Positions 1 through 8,669 of a DNA stretch of 64,000 nt are shown here, piece after piece; position 1 is the stretch's first letter; every line of letters begins with the position of its first letter. The notes below the pieces were generated by a model. The model was not told the DNA's origin. It ran no database searches and was given only the letters and a program-made list of their open reading frames with translations. The translations under genes and the position numbers were made by a program. Source of the DNA: a virus. Taxonomy: Duplodnaviria > Caudoviricetes. The stretch spans positions 1 through 64,000 of the IMG/VR virus record IMGVR_UViG_3300033076_000897. One strand, written 5' to 3'.

Positions 1-1184
1 TTGATACCAGCGATTGAACCTACAGGGTAGATAGCACCAGCATTTTGAGAGATTGTGTTAGCGAATGGGTTAGGAACGTAACCAGCAACTGATTGAAGTA
101 CAGTAGCAACTTGTGGTCCTACAACCGCGAAGTTACCAGCACCTCTTCTACCTCTTTGTGCGATGAAGTTAGCAGCAGCCAAGATCTGAGTGTAGATTCT
201 TCTGTACTCAGTGTGCTCAGTTCTACCACCACCCATTGTTGTTGCAAAAGGTGCAAGAGTCAAGTCTAAAGAAACACCAGCGTTAGTTACGTTAGCAGAA
301 GCCAATTCTCTCAAGTTGTTGATGATAACGTTGTTGATCGCTTGAGTCAATTCGTTAGTTAAAACTGCTTCTACTTGAGCAACAGCATCAACACCGAATT
401 GCTTAAGATCTTGTACTTGCTCTCTTGTTACGGCAGCAGCAACTTGGAAAGTCTTAGCTTCAACCGCTTTTGAGAACAATGAAAGACCCATTACGTTGTC
501 AGGAGTTTGCTCACCAGCAGCTCTTGAGAAAGGATCACCTACTTCGTTAGAAGAAGAGAAACCAGGGATGTGGTCTTCTAAAGCTTTAACCAATTCTACA
601 GTTTCACCGTCGAACAAATCAGAGATAGTTCTAGTAGTGTCTGCGTTTAACCATGCTTGACCAGCAGCTTCAATTTTCCAGATAGTGAAACCATCTAATC
701 TTGAAGGAGTTGACAATGCAGTAGCGTAAGTAGGATCTACAGGAGTACCGTTCTCAGACTTGATGTAAGTAGGAGCAACAGTTCTACCACCGTTAACACC
801 TTCTAATCTACCGCCTTCGTATACGAAGTCAAGGTAAGAAAGAAGACCCATAGGACCAGCCATAGGGATAACTGGAACTAGATCCAAACCGATAGTTTGA
901 GCAGCAACTTGCATCGCCAAAGGCAATAAAGTTGGAGCTTTGTCACCAGAACCTTTAGTTGTGAAATCACCAGGGTTTGGAAGTGCAGTTGCACCCATAC
1001 CACCGATGTTCATGTTAGTACCTACTTGCATGTAGTTTACTGCGCCTGAAGCATCTTCGTAAAGTTTGTGGTTGTGGCAGTATTCCGACATCCACGCTAG
1101 CTTTTCAGCGTCGTTAATACCAGTAGCTGACTCGATGATAGGAGACCAAGTAGCTCTGATTTCAGAAGCGTTAATTGCGTTCAT
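1..1184 (-). CDS. gp23: Major capsid protein, T4 gp23-like (3' end runs off the window; absent from the ORF track)
   Basis: Manual translation from ATG at 1184: MNAINASEIRATWSPIIES...LDLVPVIPMAGPMG...TREQVQDLKQFGVDAVAQVEAVLTNELTQAINN...RGRRGAGNFAVVGP, matching gp23 signature blocks; lies directly downstream of the prohead protease. Confidence 0.93.
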   Translation of the reverse strand, partial: MNAINASEIRATWSPIIESATGINDAEKLAWMSEYCHNHKLYEDASGAVNYMQVGTNMNIGGMGATALPNPGDFTTKGSGDKAPTLLPLAMQVAAQTIGLDLVPVIPMAGPMGLLSYLDFVYEGGRLEGVNGGRTVAPTYIKSENGTPVDPTYATALSTPSRLDGFTIWKIEAAGQAWLNADTTRTISDLFDGETVELVKALEDHIPGFSSSNEVGDPFSRAAGEQTPDNVMGLSLFSKAVEAKTFQVAAAVTREQVQDLKQFGVDAVAQVEAVLTNELTQAINNVIINNLRELASANVTNAGVSLDLTLAPFATTMGGGRTEHTEYRRIYTQILAAANFIAQRGRRGAGNFAVVGPQVATVLQSVAGYVPNPFANTISQNAGAIYPVGSIAGI

Positions 1185-1269
1185 AATTTTGAAATTTTGT
1201 TTTTGTTTTTGTTTTTATAAGGGATGTACCCTGGACATTAGCCTTTTGCTTCTTAGCTAATTTATGTTC

Positions 1270-1277
1270 TATATATC
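1270..1277 (-). promoter_or_regulatory. Putative late promoter GATATATA (capsid gene)
   Basis: One of 13 same-orientation copies, most near gene starts; analogous to the T4 late promoter TATAAATA. Confidence 0.75.
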
Positions 1278-1301
1278 CTTCGATATTTTCTTTTTTTCTA
1301 G

Positions 1302-1338
1302 AAAAGAAAAAAGCCCATTGTGGGAAATGGGCTTTTCT
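1302..1338 (-). terminator. Intrinsic terminator after the prohead protease gene
   Basis: Stem AGCCCATT/AATGGGCT flanked by A and T runs. Confidence 0.75.
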
Positions 1339-1352
1339 ATGTTTGAAGTTTA

Positions 1353-3212
1353 TTATTTCTTGAATTTTGCCATGATAGCTTCAGTAACTGAAGACATATC
1401 GTAAGGTAAAGTTGACTTAGACTCTTCTGCAGATTCTTTGATGATTTCAACTTTTTCCATTACAGGAGCAACTTCTCTAAGGTCTCTGGTTTGCCAGAAG
1501 TTTCTAACTTGGTATTCAGTTTCCAATTTAGCGTACTTAGATTGAGCGATGATTTGGTTCTTTTTGCTTTCAGACAATTTGTTCCAAGTCTCTACGTACT
1601 CAACAGGCATCGCAGTGATGAAGTAAGGTTCGTTGATTGATTTGTTAACCTCGGTTACCATACCTTCCATTAAAGAAACGATTTGGCTTTCTGCTACGAA
1701 ACCAGAAGTTTCAACAGCAGCTCTAACTTTGGTCTTGATTGATTCTTCAAGAGCGTTGTATTTAGCTTTAGTTTCGCTAGATACTAATCTGAAGAAGTGA
1801 GGATCGTTGTTTGCTTTTGCAGTAGCTTTCTCGATTAGAGCATCCAATTTAGAAGAGATCTCTGATTTGTAAGCTTCAACAGCACCAACTACGTCGTTTG
1901 TTGCGTTAGCACCTTCAGGTTTACCAGGATTCTTGTCACCTTCTTCCGTACCGATTTTTGGAGACTTGTCCTTTAATTCGCCTTTGATGTCTTCACCTTC
2001 AACACCAGCGTCTTCGCCTTCAACTTTTCCTTCAGCTGAATTGTCACCAACTTTGTCAAGTTCGTTTTTCTTGTCAGCTTCGTCGTGAGCTTTACCGGCT
2101 TCTTCACCAGCTTCTTCAACGATCAAGTTTTTGTTGATAGATTCTGCGATGTACTCTGCGTACTCAGAAATGTTCTGAAGATTTTCTTTTAAGTAGTTTA
2201 CGTAAGTCTTAAGGTTGGCGCTAGTCTCAACATTGTTGTCAAGATTTTCTGCCAAGTAGTTTGCGTACTCTTTAACCTTTGAAGTAGATTCAGCAACATG
2301 TTCTGTGAAAGAAATGTTCTGATCTAATTTTTCTGCTAAGTACTTGCTGTACTCGATGTTTTTGTCAGCTGATTCAGCAACGTGTTCTGCGTACTGAATG
2401 GTCTGATCTAATTTCTCAGCAACGTACTCTACGTATTCTCCAAGTTTCTTAACGTTTTCTACAATGTGATCATTGTGTGAAACAAGACCTGAAAGTTTCT
2501 CAGAAAGTTCAGCTGAAGAATTGTCAGAAGTAACTTTAGACAATGCTTCTTTGATAGCCTTGATTTCTTCGGCAAGATACTTTGAGTAGCTGTTGAAATC
2601 GTCTACGTTAACGTATGATGTCATAGTGCTCTCGTTTGTTTTATTTTGATTTTCGTTTGTTTTAGTTTCAGGAACTTCAAAGAGCAAGAAAGTGCCGTCG
2701 TTGTCGAAACCATAAGCTTCGTTAACTCTTTTTAACTCGGCGTTTTCGAAACCTGGATCAGCAACTAAGTCGTATGTAAACAACTGTTTGATCTGAACTG
2801 TACCGTCTTCTTTAACAGAACCCGCAGCTCTTGAAGAAATTTGTAAGGGAACTCCAGCGTCAACTAAAGCTTTGGCTTGACGACCAGCTTCAGTATCCAA
2901 TAATCTGATTCTTCCTTTAACTTGTTTAGTGTCTTTATCGTACGTTAACTCTTCAATGACGTGAGAAACGTTCTTCAAAGAAATGTCAAAAGTTTGAGGG
3001 TGATCCAACTCACCTAAAAGCTTTGAAGATTTAATTTTAGTCTGTAAAGCTTCGATCTGTGGTAGATATTCGCTCTCAGTATAGATTCTGTGGTTTCGAT
3101 TCTTCTTGTCGATTTCACCGAAAACGCCTTCCAATACGTATTTGTCACCGCTTTCGCCAGTTGTCAATACTGATGCAGAACGCTCTAGAATCAATAAATT
3201 TTTATTTGACAT
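1353..3212 (-). CDS. gp21: Prohead core protease (gp21-like) fused to a long coiled-coil scaffold-like region
   Basis: LGELDHP, ISSRAAGSV and YDLVADPGF catalytic motifs in the first ~160 aa; ~14-aa repeats (YAEHVAE/YSKYLAE/YANYLAE/YAEYIAE) in the middle; lies between portal and capsid genes. Confidence 0.9.
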   Translation of the reverse strand: MSNKNLLILERSASVLTTGESGDKYVLEGVFGEIDKKNRNHRIYTESEYLPQIEALQTKIKSSKLLGELDHPQTFDISLKNVSHVIEELTYDKDTKQVKGRIRLLDTEAGRQAKALVDAGVPLQISSRAAGSVKEDGTVQIKQLFTYDLVADPGFENAELKRVNEAYGFDNDGTFLLFEVPETKTNENQNKTNESTMTSYVNVDDFNSYSKYLAEEIKAIKEALSKVTSDNSSAELSEKLSGLVSHNDHIVENVKKLGEYVEYVAEKLDQTIQYAEHVAESADKNIEYSKYLAEKLDQNISFTEHVAESTSKVKEYANYLAENLDNNVETSANLKTYVNYLKENLQNISEYAEYIAESINKNLIVEEAGEEAGKAHDEADKKNELDKVGDNSAEGKVEGEDAGVEGEDIKGELKDKSPKIGTEEGDKNPGKPEGANATNDVVGAVEAYKSEISSKLDALIEKATAKANNDPHFFRLVSSETKAKYNALEESIKTKVRAAVETSGFVAESQIVSLMEGMVTEVNKSINEPYFITAMPVEYVETWNKLSESKKNQIIAQSKYAKLETEYQVRNFWQTRDLREVAPVMEKVEIIKESAEESKSTLPYDMSSVTEAIMAKFKK

Positions 3213-3237
3213 GATCTTTTTAGATTTTTTGTTTTTC

Positions 3238-3245
3238 TATATATC
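3238..3245 (-). promoter_or_regulatory. Putative late promoter GATATATA (gp21)
   Basis: Exact motif 25 nt upstream of the ATG. Confidence 0.75.
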
Positions 3246-3268
3246 CTCTTTTCTAAGATTTTGTGCAA

Positions 3269-3613
3269 TTAGACGCCTAAACCAGCTAATGGATCTTCTT
3301 CGTCACCGCCTTTTTCTTCTTTCTCTTTCTCCTTTTTCTTTTCTGCCTGTTCAGCTTCTAGCTTTTGGTACCAAGATACAATCTTAGACATTTCTTCCTT
3401 GGTGAAAGCATTATTGCCGTAAGTTGCAAAGAAATAGTCCTTAACTTCTTCTTCCGAAGTAGCCGAAACAAGTACTCCCATAATTTCTTGAGCTTTGATC
3501 TCTTTATCGCTATCAAGTTTCATGTCAGTAACAGTTACTTGAGAATCTGGATCGTTCTTAAGATAGTCTTTTTCTTCGTTTACGAATTCGTAAAGGCTTT
3601 TAACGTATTTCAT
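3269..3613 (-). CDS. Small acidic prohead core/internal protein (position of T4 gp67/gp68)
   Basis: Between portal and protease; N-terminus MKYVKSLYEFVNE resembles a capsid-targeting sequence. Confidence 0.55.
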   Translation of the reverse strand: MKYVKSLYEFVNEEKDYLKNDPDSQVTVTDMKLDSDKEIKAQEIMGVLVSATSEEEVKDYFFATYGNNAFTKEEMSKIVSWYQKLEAEQAEKKKEKEKEEKGGDEEDPLAGLGV

Positions 3614-3628
3614 TTCTAATATTTATGT

Positions 3629-5254
3629 TTAGAATCCGCCCATTCCACCCATCATGCCCATTGCGTTTGGATCTTCAGGTTTCTTAGCGTCCTCAGTTCT
3701 TTTTCTAGCTTTAGCAGCTTCGTTGGCAGCTTTATCATCAGGAGAAAGCTTAAGGTATTTATCCACCAAGAAATCCAAATCAAAATAGTGTTCTTCTTGC
3801 ATAGTCATTGGATCAGTAGTCATTAGGTTAGCGAACATGTTGTTGATGAACTCAAGACGCTTGTCCATGATCTCCATGTGCTTCATTTCAGCAAACATGT
3901 TTTCTTCGTTGAATCTTAATGCGATCTGTGATTTGAAAATTGGATCGTGTTTGAATTCAGGATATTTTAAACACATTTGGATATAAAGAGGTTTCACTAG
4001 AATCTCTTGGAAACCTGATCTCAAACGGTTAATAAACTTACCAAATTTGATCTCGTCTCTGATCATACCATCAGCAGCTAAATTGTAGTCACCTCCACCA
4101 TCTTCGTACATGAATCGGTTGAAAGGAATTTTAGAAACCTGCTTTAATTTGTCAGAGAAGTATTTAAGAGCCTCAGTATCTGAAAGGTCTGGACCGTCGC
4201 CTCCAAGAGTTTCGATCTCTGGCGATTCGTTGTCTTTTGATGGTAACCAATATTCTTTGTTGAATTGCATCATCGGCTTACCGTCAACTTTCAGTGTAGC
4301 TGAGTCCCAATCGAAGTCAACAACTTCTTTGTAGGAATTCATCAACTGAGCCAAAGATTGCTTCGCTCTGGTCTTAGATTTACCACCAACTGGGATAACG
4401 AATTTCATTCTGAAAGATGCGTTAGTTACGGCCCAAATCACTCTGGTGTGTTCCATAATACGCAATAAGTTAAATGCTCTAACCAATCTTTCTACATAAG
4501 AAACTCTGGATGCTGTTGTGATCGAAGAGTAAGAGATGTAGATGATTTGAGAATCGTACAGTTTACGCTCCTTCATTGGATCGTCTTTGTATTGGATCCA
4601 AACTTTCTTGCCATCGTCCTTATTGAAGGCTGGCAACAAACTAATAGGATCAAGTTCTTTGAAACCGATAACCTCAGTTTGTTTATCGTCGTAAATGATT
4701 TCGAAGGCTAAGTAGCCATCGATCAAGAATTTTCTAAAGTAGTACCATGCAGTTTGATCAGTGTTGAAACCAAAATAGGTCACAATCTGATTAAAGTACT
4801 TGTGCATGTTCTTTTCAACCTCGTCAGAAACTTCCATGCCAATCAATTCTGGGTAACAGAAGAAGTTTCTGTTGTCGTAAACGATTGATTCGTCACAAAG
4901 AATGTCAAGAATGTCTTCAATTTCGTCGTGCATTGAGAACTGACGAAGTTCTTCTCTTCTGGCTTTGTAATTAACGTCGAAGAAAGGAATGTTCTTCTTT
5001 AAGTTGGTGTCCGACATGGACAAAGCAGCAAAAGCTGCATAAATGTCTTCGTTGTCGATACCCAATGGGTTAACCATTCCGTAACCGACTTCGTTTTCGA
5101 TGGCACCGATAGCTTGCGAGTTACGGATGACCATGTCATCATAACGCATCCCGAAATTACTTAAGTCCTTCAACAAAGAAGAGACTCTGAAGCCTCTACC
5201 TCTTGAAAGAGGGCCTCTCATCGGGTCGCCCGGTCTATTTACAAATCCTGCCAT
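3629..5254 (-). CDS. gp20: Portal vertex protein
   Basis: FRKFLIDG, ELDP, SYVERLVRAFNLLRIME, EYWLPSK, EIETLGG, KYFSDKL, IRDEIKFGKFINRLR motifs of T4-type portals. Confidence 0.95.
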   Translation of the reverse strand: MAGFVNRPGDPMRGPLSRGRGFRVSSLLKDLSNFGMRYDDMVIRNSQAIGAIENEVGYGMVNPLGIDNEDIYAAFAALSMSDTNLKKNIPFFDVNYKARREELRQFSMHDEIEDILDILCDESIVYDNRNFFCYPELIGMEVSDEVEKNMHKYFNQIVTYFGFNTDQTAWYYFRKFLIDGYLAFEIIYDDKQTEVIGFKELDPISLLPAFNKDDGKKVWIQYKDDPMKERKLYDSQIIYISYSSITTASRVSYVERLVRAFNLLRIMEHTRVIWAVTNASFRMKFVIPVGGKSKTRAKQSLAQLMNSYKEVVDFDWDSATLKVDGKPMMQFNKEYWLPSKDNESPEIETLGGDGPDLSDTEALKYFSDKLKQVSKIPFNRFMYEDGGGDYNLAADGMIRDEIKFGKFINRLRSGFQEILVKPLYIQMCLKYPEFKHDPIFKSQIALRFNEENMFAEMKHMEIMDKRLEFINNMFANLMTTDPMTMQEEHYFDLDFLVDKYLKLSPDDKAANEAAKARKRTEDAKKPEDPNAMGMMGGMGGF

Positions 5255-5277
5255 GAGTTATTTTCTTTTTCTATTTG

Positions 5278-5901
5278 TTATATATCACGATTTTTAAAGT
5301 GCTCTGAGAACTCTTTTCTAACCTGAGCCACTGTAGCTCCATTTAGCTTGATCAAGTCCAAAGTTGCAACTTTGTGCCAGCTCTCGTAACTGACTACGCT
5401 TTGTTTGGTTTTTAATTTCGGGGAGTACTGTCTAATAGCAAACTCGAACCCGTATTTGTAAAGAAACTTGTGAGCCTCTTTGTATGTAATTTTAAGATCT
5501 TTTTGCCTCAATGCGTCGTTGGGTTTTTGCTTTTTAGCCAACTCTATTTGAGCCTTGTATACATCGTAAACTTTATCCAGCAATTCTATGCGCATTTTTA
5601 TAGGTAACAAGTTCAGATTGATGCCAAGATCATTGTGTTTGGCATCCTTTGGTGGATCAAGTGCCAAAACCATCGGGTTTTTGTCCCACCATGGTAAAGT
5701 TGCTTCGTTGATCGGTGTGTTGTAACCAAAGATGTAAATGTGTCCTGGACGAAATCTCATGTTTGTCTTGACACTATCGGATGGACTCTTGCTGAATACC
5801 TTTAAACCTTCTTTAAACCATCCTTCGGAAACTTTCTTAGCATTTGCAGCTCCTCCGTTGTCTTTTCTGTAAGTATCGATCTCTTTTTTCAGTATTCCCA
5901 T
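5278..5901 (-). CDS. gp2: DNA end protector protein, T4 gp2-like
   Basis: GHIYIFGY..P....LPWWDKNP and LGINLNLLP..R blocks typical of gp2; adjacent to gp4. Confidence 0.8.
   Translation of the reverse strand: MGILKKEIDTYRKDNGGAANAKKVSEGWFKEGLKVFSKSPSDSVKTNMRFRPGHIYIFGYNTPINEATLPWWDKNPMVLALDPPKDAKHNDLGINLNLLPIKMRIELLDKVYDVYKAQIELAKKQKPNDALRQKDLKITYKEAHKFLYKYGFEFAIRQYSPKLKTKQSVVSYESWHKVATLDLIKLNGATVAQVRKEFSEHFKNRDI
5279..5286 (-). promoter_or_regulatory. Putative late promoter GATATATA (portal)
   Basis: Exact motif overlapping the upstream stop codon, 24 nt before the ATG. Confidence 0.7.
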
Positions 5902-5902
5902 C

Positions 5903-6376
5903 TTACTTTAGACTTTTTTCGGTCAAGACTATGAATTGCCAACCTCTATTCTGTGCCCATGCCTTGGCAGCAACGTATTTGTCGCGATTCTTGACGTATT
6001 GTTCGGCGATGTACTTGTAGTTTTCTAAAGCCTTTTTGCTGTGTTTGGTTGGAGGTAGAGGCTTAGTTAAGTGAGATTCGGGTTTGATCTCAACTAAATA
6101 TTCGGTAGTTTTACCATTGGCCAAAACTTTCATGTAAAAGTCTGGGTGGTAAGTGTGTTCCTTGTTATCCATGCTGAACCAGTATTTGATCTCAACAGGT
6201 TCAGATGACCACGATACAACTTCTGGTCTAGTGTCGCAATAGATCATAAACTTTCTTTCCCATGATGATCTATAGATGATCGGGGCAGGTCCTACATATT
6301 TCTCAGGGTTACTAGGTTTAAAGTATCCCTGGATATATCCAGAATCTTTAGAAGGTTTTATTTTCTTTATTGACAT
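5903..6376 (-). CDS. gp4: Head completion nuclease, T4 gp4-like (TnsA-like fold)
   Basis: G.FKPSNPEKYVG, IYRSSWERKFM, WSSE, YHPDF and VEIKP motifs. Confidence 0.9.
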   Translation of the reverse strand: MSIKKIKPSKDSGYIQGYFKPSNPEKYVGPAPIIYRSSWERKFMIYCDTRPEVVSWSSEPVEIKYWFSMDNKEHTYHPDFYMKVLANGKTTEYLVEIKPESHLTKPLPPTKHSKKALENYKYIAEQYVKNRDKYVAAKAWAQNRGWQFIVLTEKSLK

Positions 6377-6750
6377 TAGATGTTGTACATACCTGCACCG
6401 CTTTCTTCATCAAATCCCGATGTTCTGTCCAAACTTAGAGTGTTTTTATACTTAACTGGGTAGATTTTATTCCATCCTTTAGCGTATCCTCGTTTGGCAA
6501 TCTCAGTAAAATATGCGAAAGCGTTGGGGTATTTTGGGTTAAAATTTTTCCAATACTTTAAAAGATCAAGCAGTGCGAATTGTAAACAATCCTCTCTATC
6601 TTCTTCTCTCAAATACTGCATCCGATTAATGGCTCTTTCGGCCAACATGATCAGCATTTTTTCAGCAGTCGGAGTTAACCGATCTTGTTCTTTGGATTTG
6701 ACGATCTCATCGTACAGATCCTTGTTGTTCAAATAGTTTTTCTTAGCCAC
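6376..6750 (-). CDS. gp55: Late transcription sigma factor, T4 gp55-like
   Basis: NYLNNKDL start and NFNPKYPNAFAYFTEI region-2 motif; GTG start. Confidence 0.85.
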   Translation of the reverse strand: MAKKNYLNNKDLYDEIVKSKEQDRLTPTAEKMLIMLAERAINRMQYLREEDREDCLQFALLDLLKYWKNFNPKYPNAFAYFTEIAKRGYAKGWNKIYPVKYKNTLSLDRTSGFDEESGAGMYNI

Positions 6751-6771
6751 CTGATATTTATTTGTTTTTCT

Positions 6772-6800
6772 TTTATACGAAAAAAAGGCCGATTGTTTCC
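6772..6800 (-). promoter_or_regulatory. Putative early/middle promoter GGAAAC-N17-TATAAA (gp55)
   Basis: Member of an 8-copy bipartite motif with a fixed 17-nt spacer. Confidence 0.7.
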
Positions 6801-6813
6801 AATCAGCCTTTTT
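6780..6813 (-). terminator. Intrinsic terminator overlapping the gp55 promoter
   Basis: Stem AGGCTGATTG/CAATCGGCCT followed by a T run on the minus strand. Confidence 0.7.
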
Positions 6814-6830
6814 GGGAATATCTGTAGGGC

Positions 6831-7046
6831 TTAAATCGACATAGACGGGTCGATGAAGATCAAGTTCTTTGGAACGTTATAGACCATTTCACCAACTTTA
6901 ACCTTAATCAAAGTATCGTCAGAACCTCTTGTGTAATCTAGCGCGTTTACTAAAACTGAATCCTCAGGTTTTACACCTTGGAACTCAGCTTTAAGGCTTC
7001 CGATAACATAGTTATTGACGAATTCTTCGTATAGTTTGATGTCCAT
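6831..7046 (-). CDS. Small hypothetical protein, possible internal head protein
   Basis: Coupled to the upstream ORF (TAATG overlap); N-terminus MDIKLYEEFVN resembles a capsid-targeting sequence. Confidence 0.55.
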   Translation of the reverse strand: MDIKLYEEFVNNYVIGSLKAEFQGVKPEDSVLVNALDYTRGSDDTLIKVKVGEMVYNVPKNLIFIDPSMSI

Positions 7047-7813
7047 TACAATTTAGCCTCTAGTTCTTTAATTTCTGATTCGAATTTAGTGATCTCAGAG
7101 TTGATCAAATTGTTTGCTTCTTTGATTTCTTCCAAAGATCTGTCAGCGTTAGCCAATTTTTCTTTGCTTTCTTTTAAGAATGCGATCAATGATTTCTTCT
7201 CTTCGATTGTTTCTCTGATCTCAGCAGCTTCTTTAGCAGCACCTTCTAAAAGGTCGTTCAATAAGTCTAAGTGATCAACACCCGTTTGTTCAACGATGTA
7301 TTCCAATGCTGAATTTGCAGAGTTAGCTTGGAAGAACTTATAGATTTTGTTGGCTTCGTTCATTCTTGAAACGAATACGTTGTTTCCGCTTCTCATTACG
7401 TCGATTGCGATGTCTCCTTCTTTAACAGATTCAACGAAATCGATATTTACGATCTTTTCAATGTTCTCTACCAAGTAAGTGAACATTTCTGCAATGTGAC
7501 TCTCTTGGATTCTGATGATACCTGCAGCGAACAAGAAGTTTCTCAAAGAATCTGTTGTTGCAACCTCAGTGCTATTAACGAAATATTTGCTTTCGCTAAG
7601 GTTGTAAGAGATTTTAGTTTTGCCGTAGTGCCATACGATTTCAGATTCATTAACTGAGAACGTATTTAACGCTCTAACTAATGTCATGAATTCAGCTGGT
7701 ACTGTTTCTGCCTCAGCGATAACGTCTTCAACGATTGAAAAGTTTTTACCGTTCACGTGAAAAATGTGACCGTTTTCAATTGCAAAAAGAGGCGAAAGTT
7801 TTGTATTTGCCAT
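7046..7813 (-). CDS. Hypothetical late protein with C-terminal coiled coil
   Basis: 255-aa ORF; GATATATA at 7839-7846 upstream. Confidence 0.65.
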   Translation of the reverse strand: MANTKLSPLFAIENGHIFHVNGKNFSIVEDVIAEAETVPAEFMTLVRALNTFSVNESEIVWHYGKTKISYNLSESKYFVNSTEVATTDSLRNFLFAAGIIRIQESHIAEMFTYLVENIEKIVNIDFVESVKEGDIAIDVMRSGNNVFVSRMNEANKIYKFFQANSANSALEYIVEQTGVDHLDLLNDLLEGAAKEAAEIRETIEEKKSLIAFLKESKEKLANADRSLEEIKEANNLINSEITKFESEIKELEAKL

Positions 7814-7838
7814 GATAGTTATTGTTTTTTATTTTCTC

Positions 7839-7846
7839 TATATATC
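7839..7846 (-). promoter_or_regulatory. Putative late promoter GATATATA
   Basis: Exact motif 25 nt upstream of ATG 7813. Confidence 0.7.
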
Positions 7847-8651
7847 AGTTTTCTTCTACCTTTTTGGTAGTTACTCTCTTGTGAGAGTCTGTTGATGTTC
7901 TATCAATGTCAGGATAGTTCTTCATTTCAGTTGCATAGTTGTGAATCTCAAACATCCTGTTACCGTTGTGTCTTTCGGTATCCCATTCAAATGCTGGAAT
8001 AAATGATTTGACTTCGATTGGGAAACTCACAGCATATCTTTCTTTGTCTTCGAAAGAAAATTCAACTGGACGCTTCATTTCGTAATCTTCTGGCATGGAA
8101 TAGTAAGATGATATTCTGTACGTGCCGTCTTCTAAGTGACCAACTTCAGCATTAAAGTAGTTACTCTTGTACATGGTCTTGATGATCATCTCAGCAACCT
8201 TTAGTGTGTCCAATTGGCTAGAAACTCTGATCTCAACGTCGAAATTAATAACTACTGGGATCATCTGAAACTCGGAAGAGTAGGATCTCATAGTTCCATC
8301 AGCTGCCAATTTAGAGTAAGTTCCAACGTTTCTTTTATTAATTAGAGCGGCCGAATCGATGTTCATTCCTGTCATGTTAATAACGCCTCTGGGTACCACA
8401 TCATAGTTACCATCGGCAAGACCCAGTGGGTTACAGTTTTCGTCCGTTCCCGTTGTGAAAAGAAAGTTATCACGCATGAAGTTCTCATCTCCGCTGATTG
8501 CGTAATAAAAAGGAATGTCTATTGCTGTTCTTTCAGTTGCAGACAACTGACGCATGATGTAGAGCTTATTGTTTAAATCTGCCAATAAACCGATGATCAC
8601 GTGACGAACAATACTATCGTCCTTATTAAATTTCTGGTTGTAAGTTGCCAT
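7845..8651 (-). CDS. gp15: Tail sheath stabilizer/tail completion protein, T4 gp15-like
   Basis: IPFYY, VPRGVINMTG..ID and IPVVINFDVEI..SSQLD..KVAEMI blocks. Confidence 0.75.
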   Translation of the reverse strand: MATYNQKFNKDDSIVRHVIIGLLADLNNKLYIMRQLSATERTAIDIPFYYAISGDENFMRDNFLFTTGTDENCNPLGLADGNYDVVPRGVINMTGMNIDSAALINKRNVGTYSKLAADGTMRSYSSEFQMIPVVINFDVEIRVSSQLDTLKVAEMIIKTMYKSNYFNAEVGHLEDGTYRISSYYSMPEDYEMKRPVEFSFEDKERYAVSFPIEVKSFIPAFEWDTERHNGNRMFEIHNYATEMKNYPDIDRTSTDSHKRVTTKKVEEN

Positions 8652-8655
8652 GGGT

Positions 8656-8663
8656 TATATATC
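8656..8663 (-). promoter_or_regulatory. Putative late promoter GATATATA, 4 nt before the gp15 ATG
   Basis: GATATATA-ACCC-ATG. Confidence 0.7.
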
Positions 8664-8669
8664 GTCCTC

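Noticed and set aside
5903-6376. TnsA transposase indicating a Tn7-like element
   Set aside because: Motifs and position beside gp2 and the portal identify it as the T4 gp4-type head completion nuclease; there is no TnsB or TnsC.
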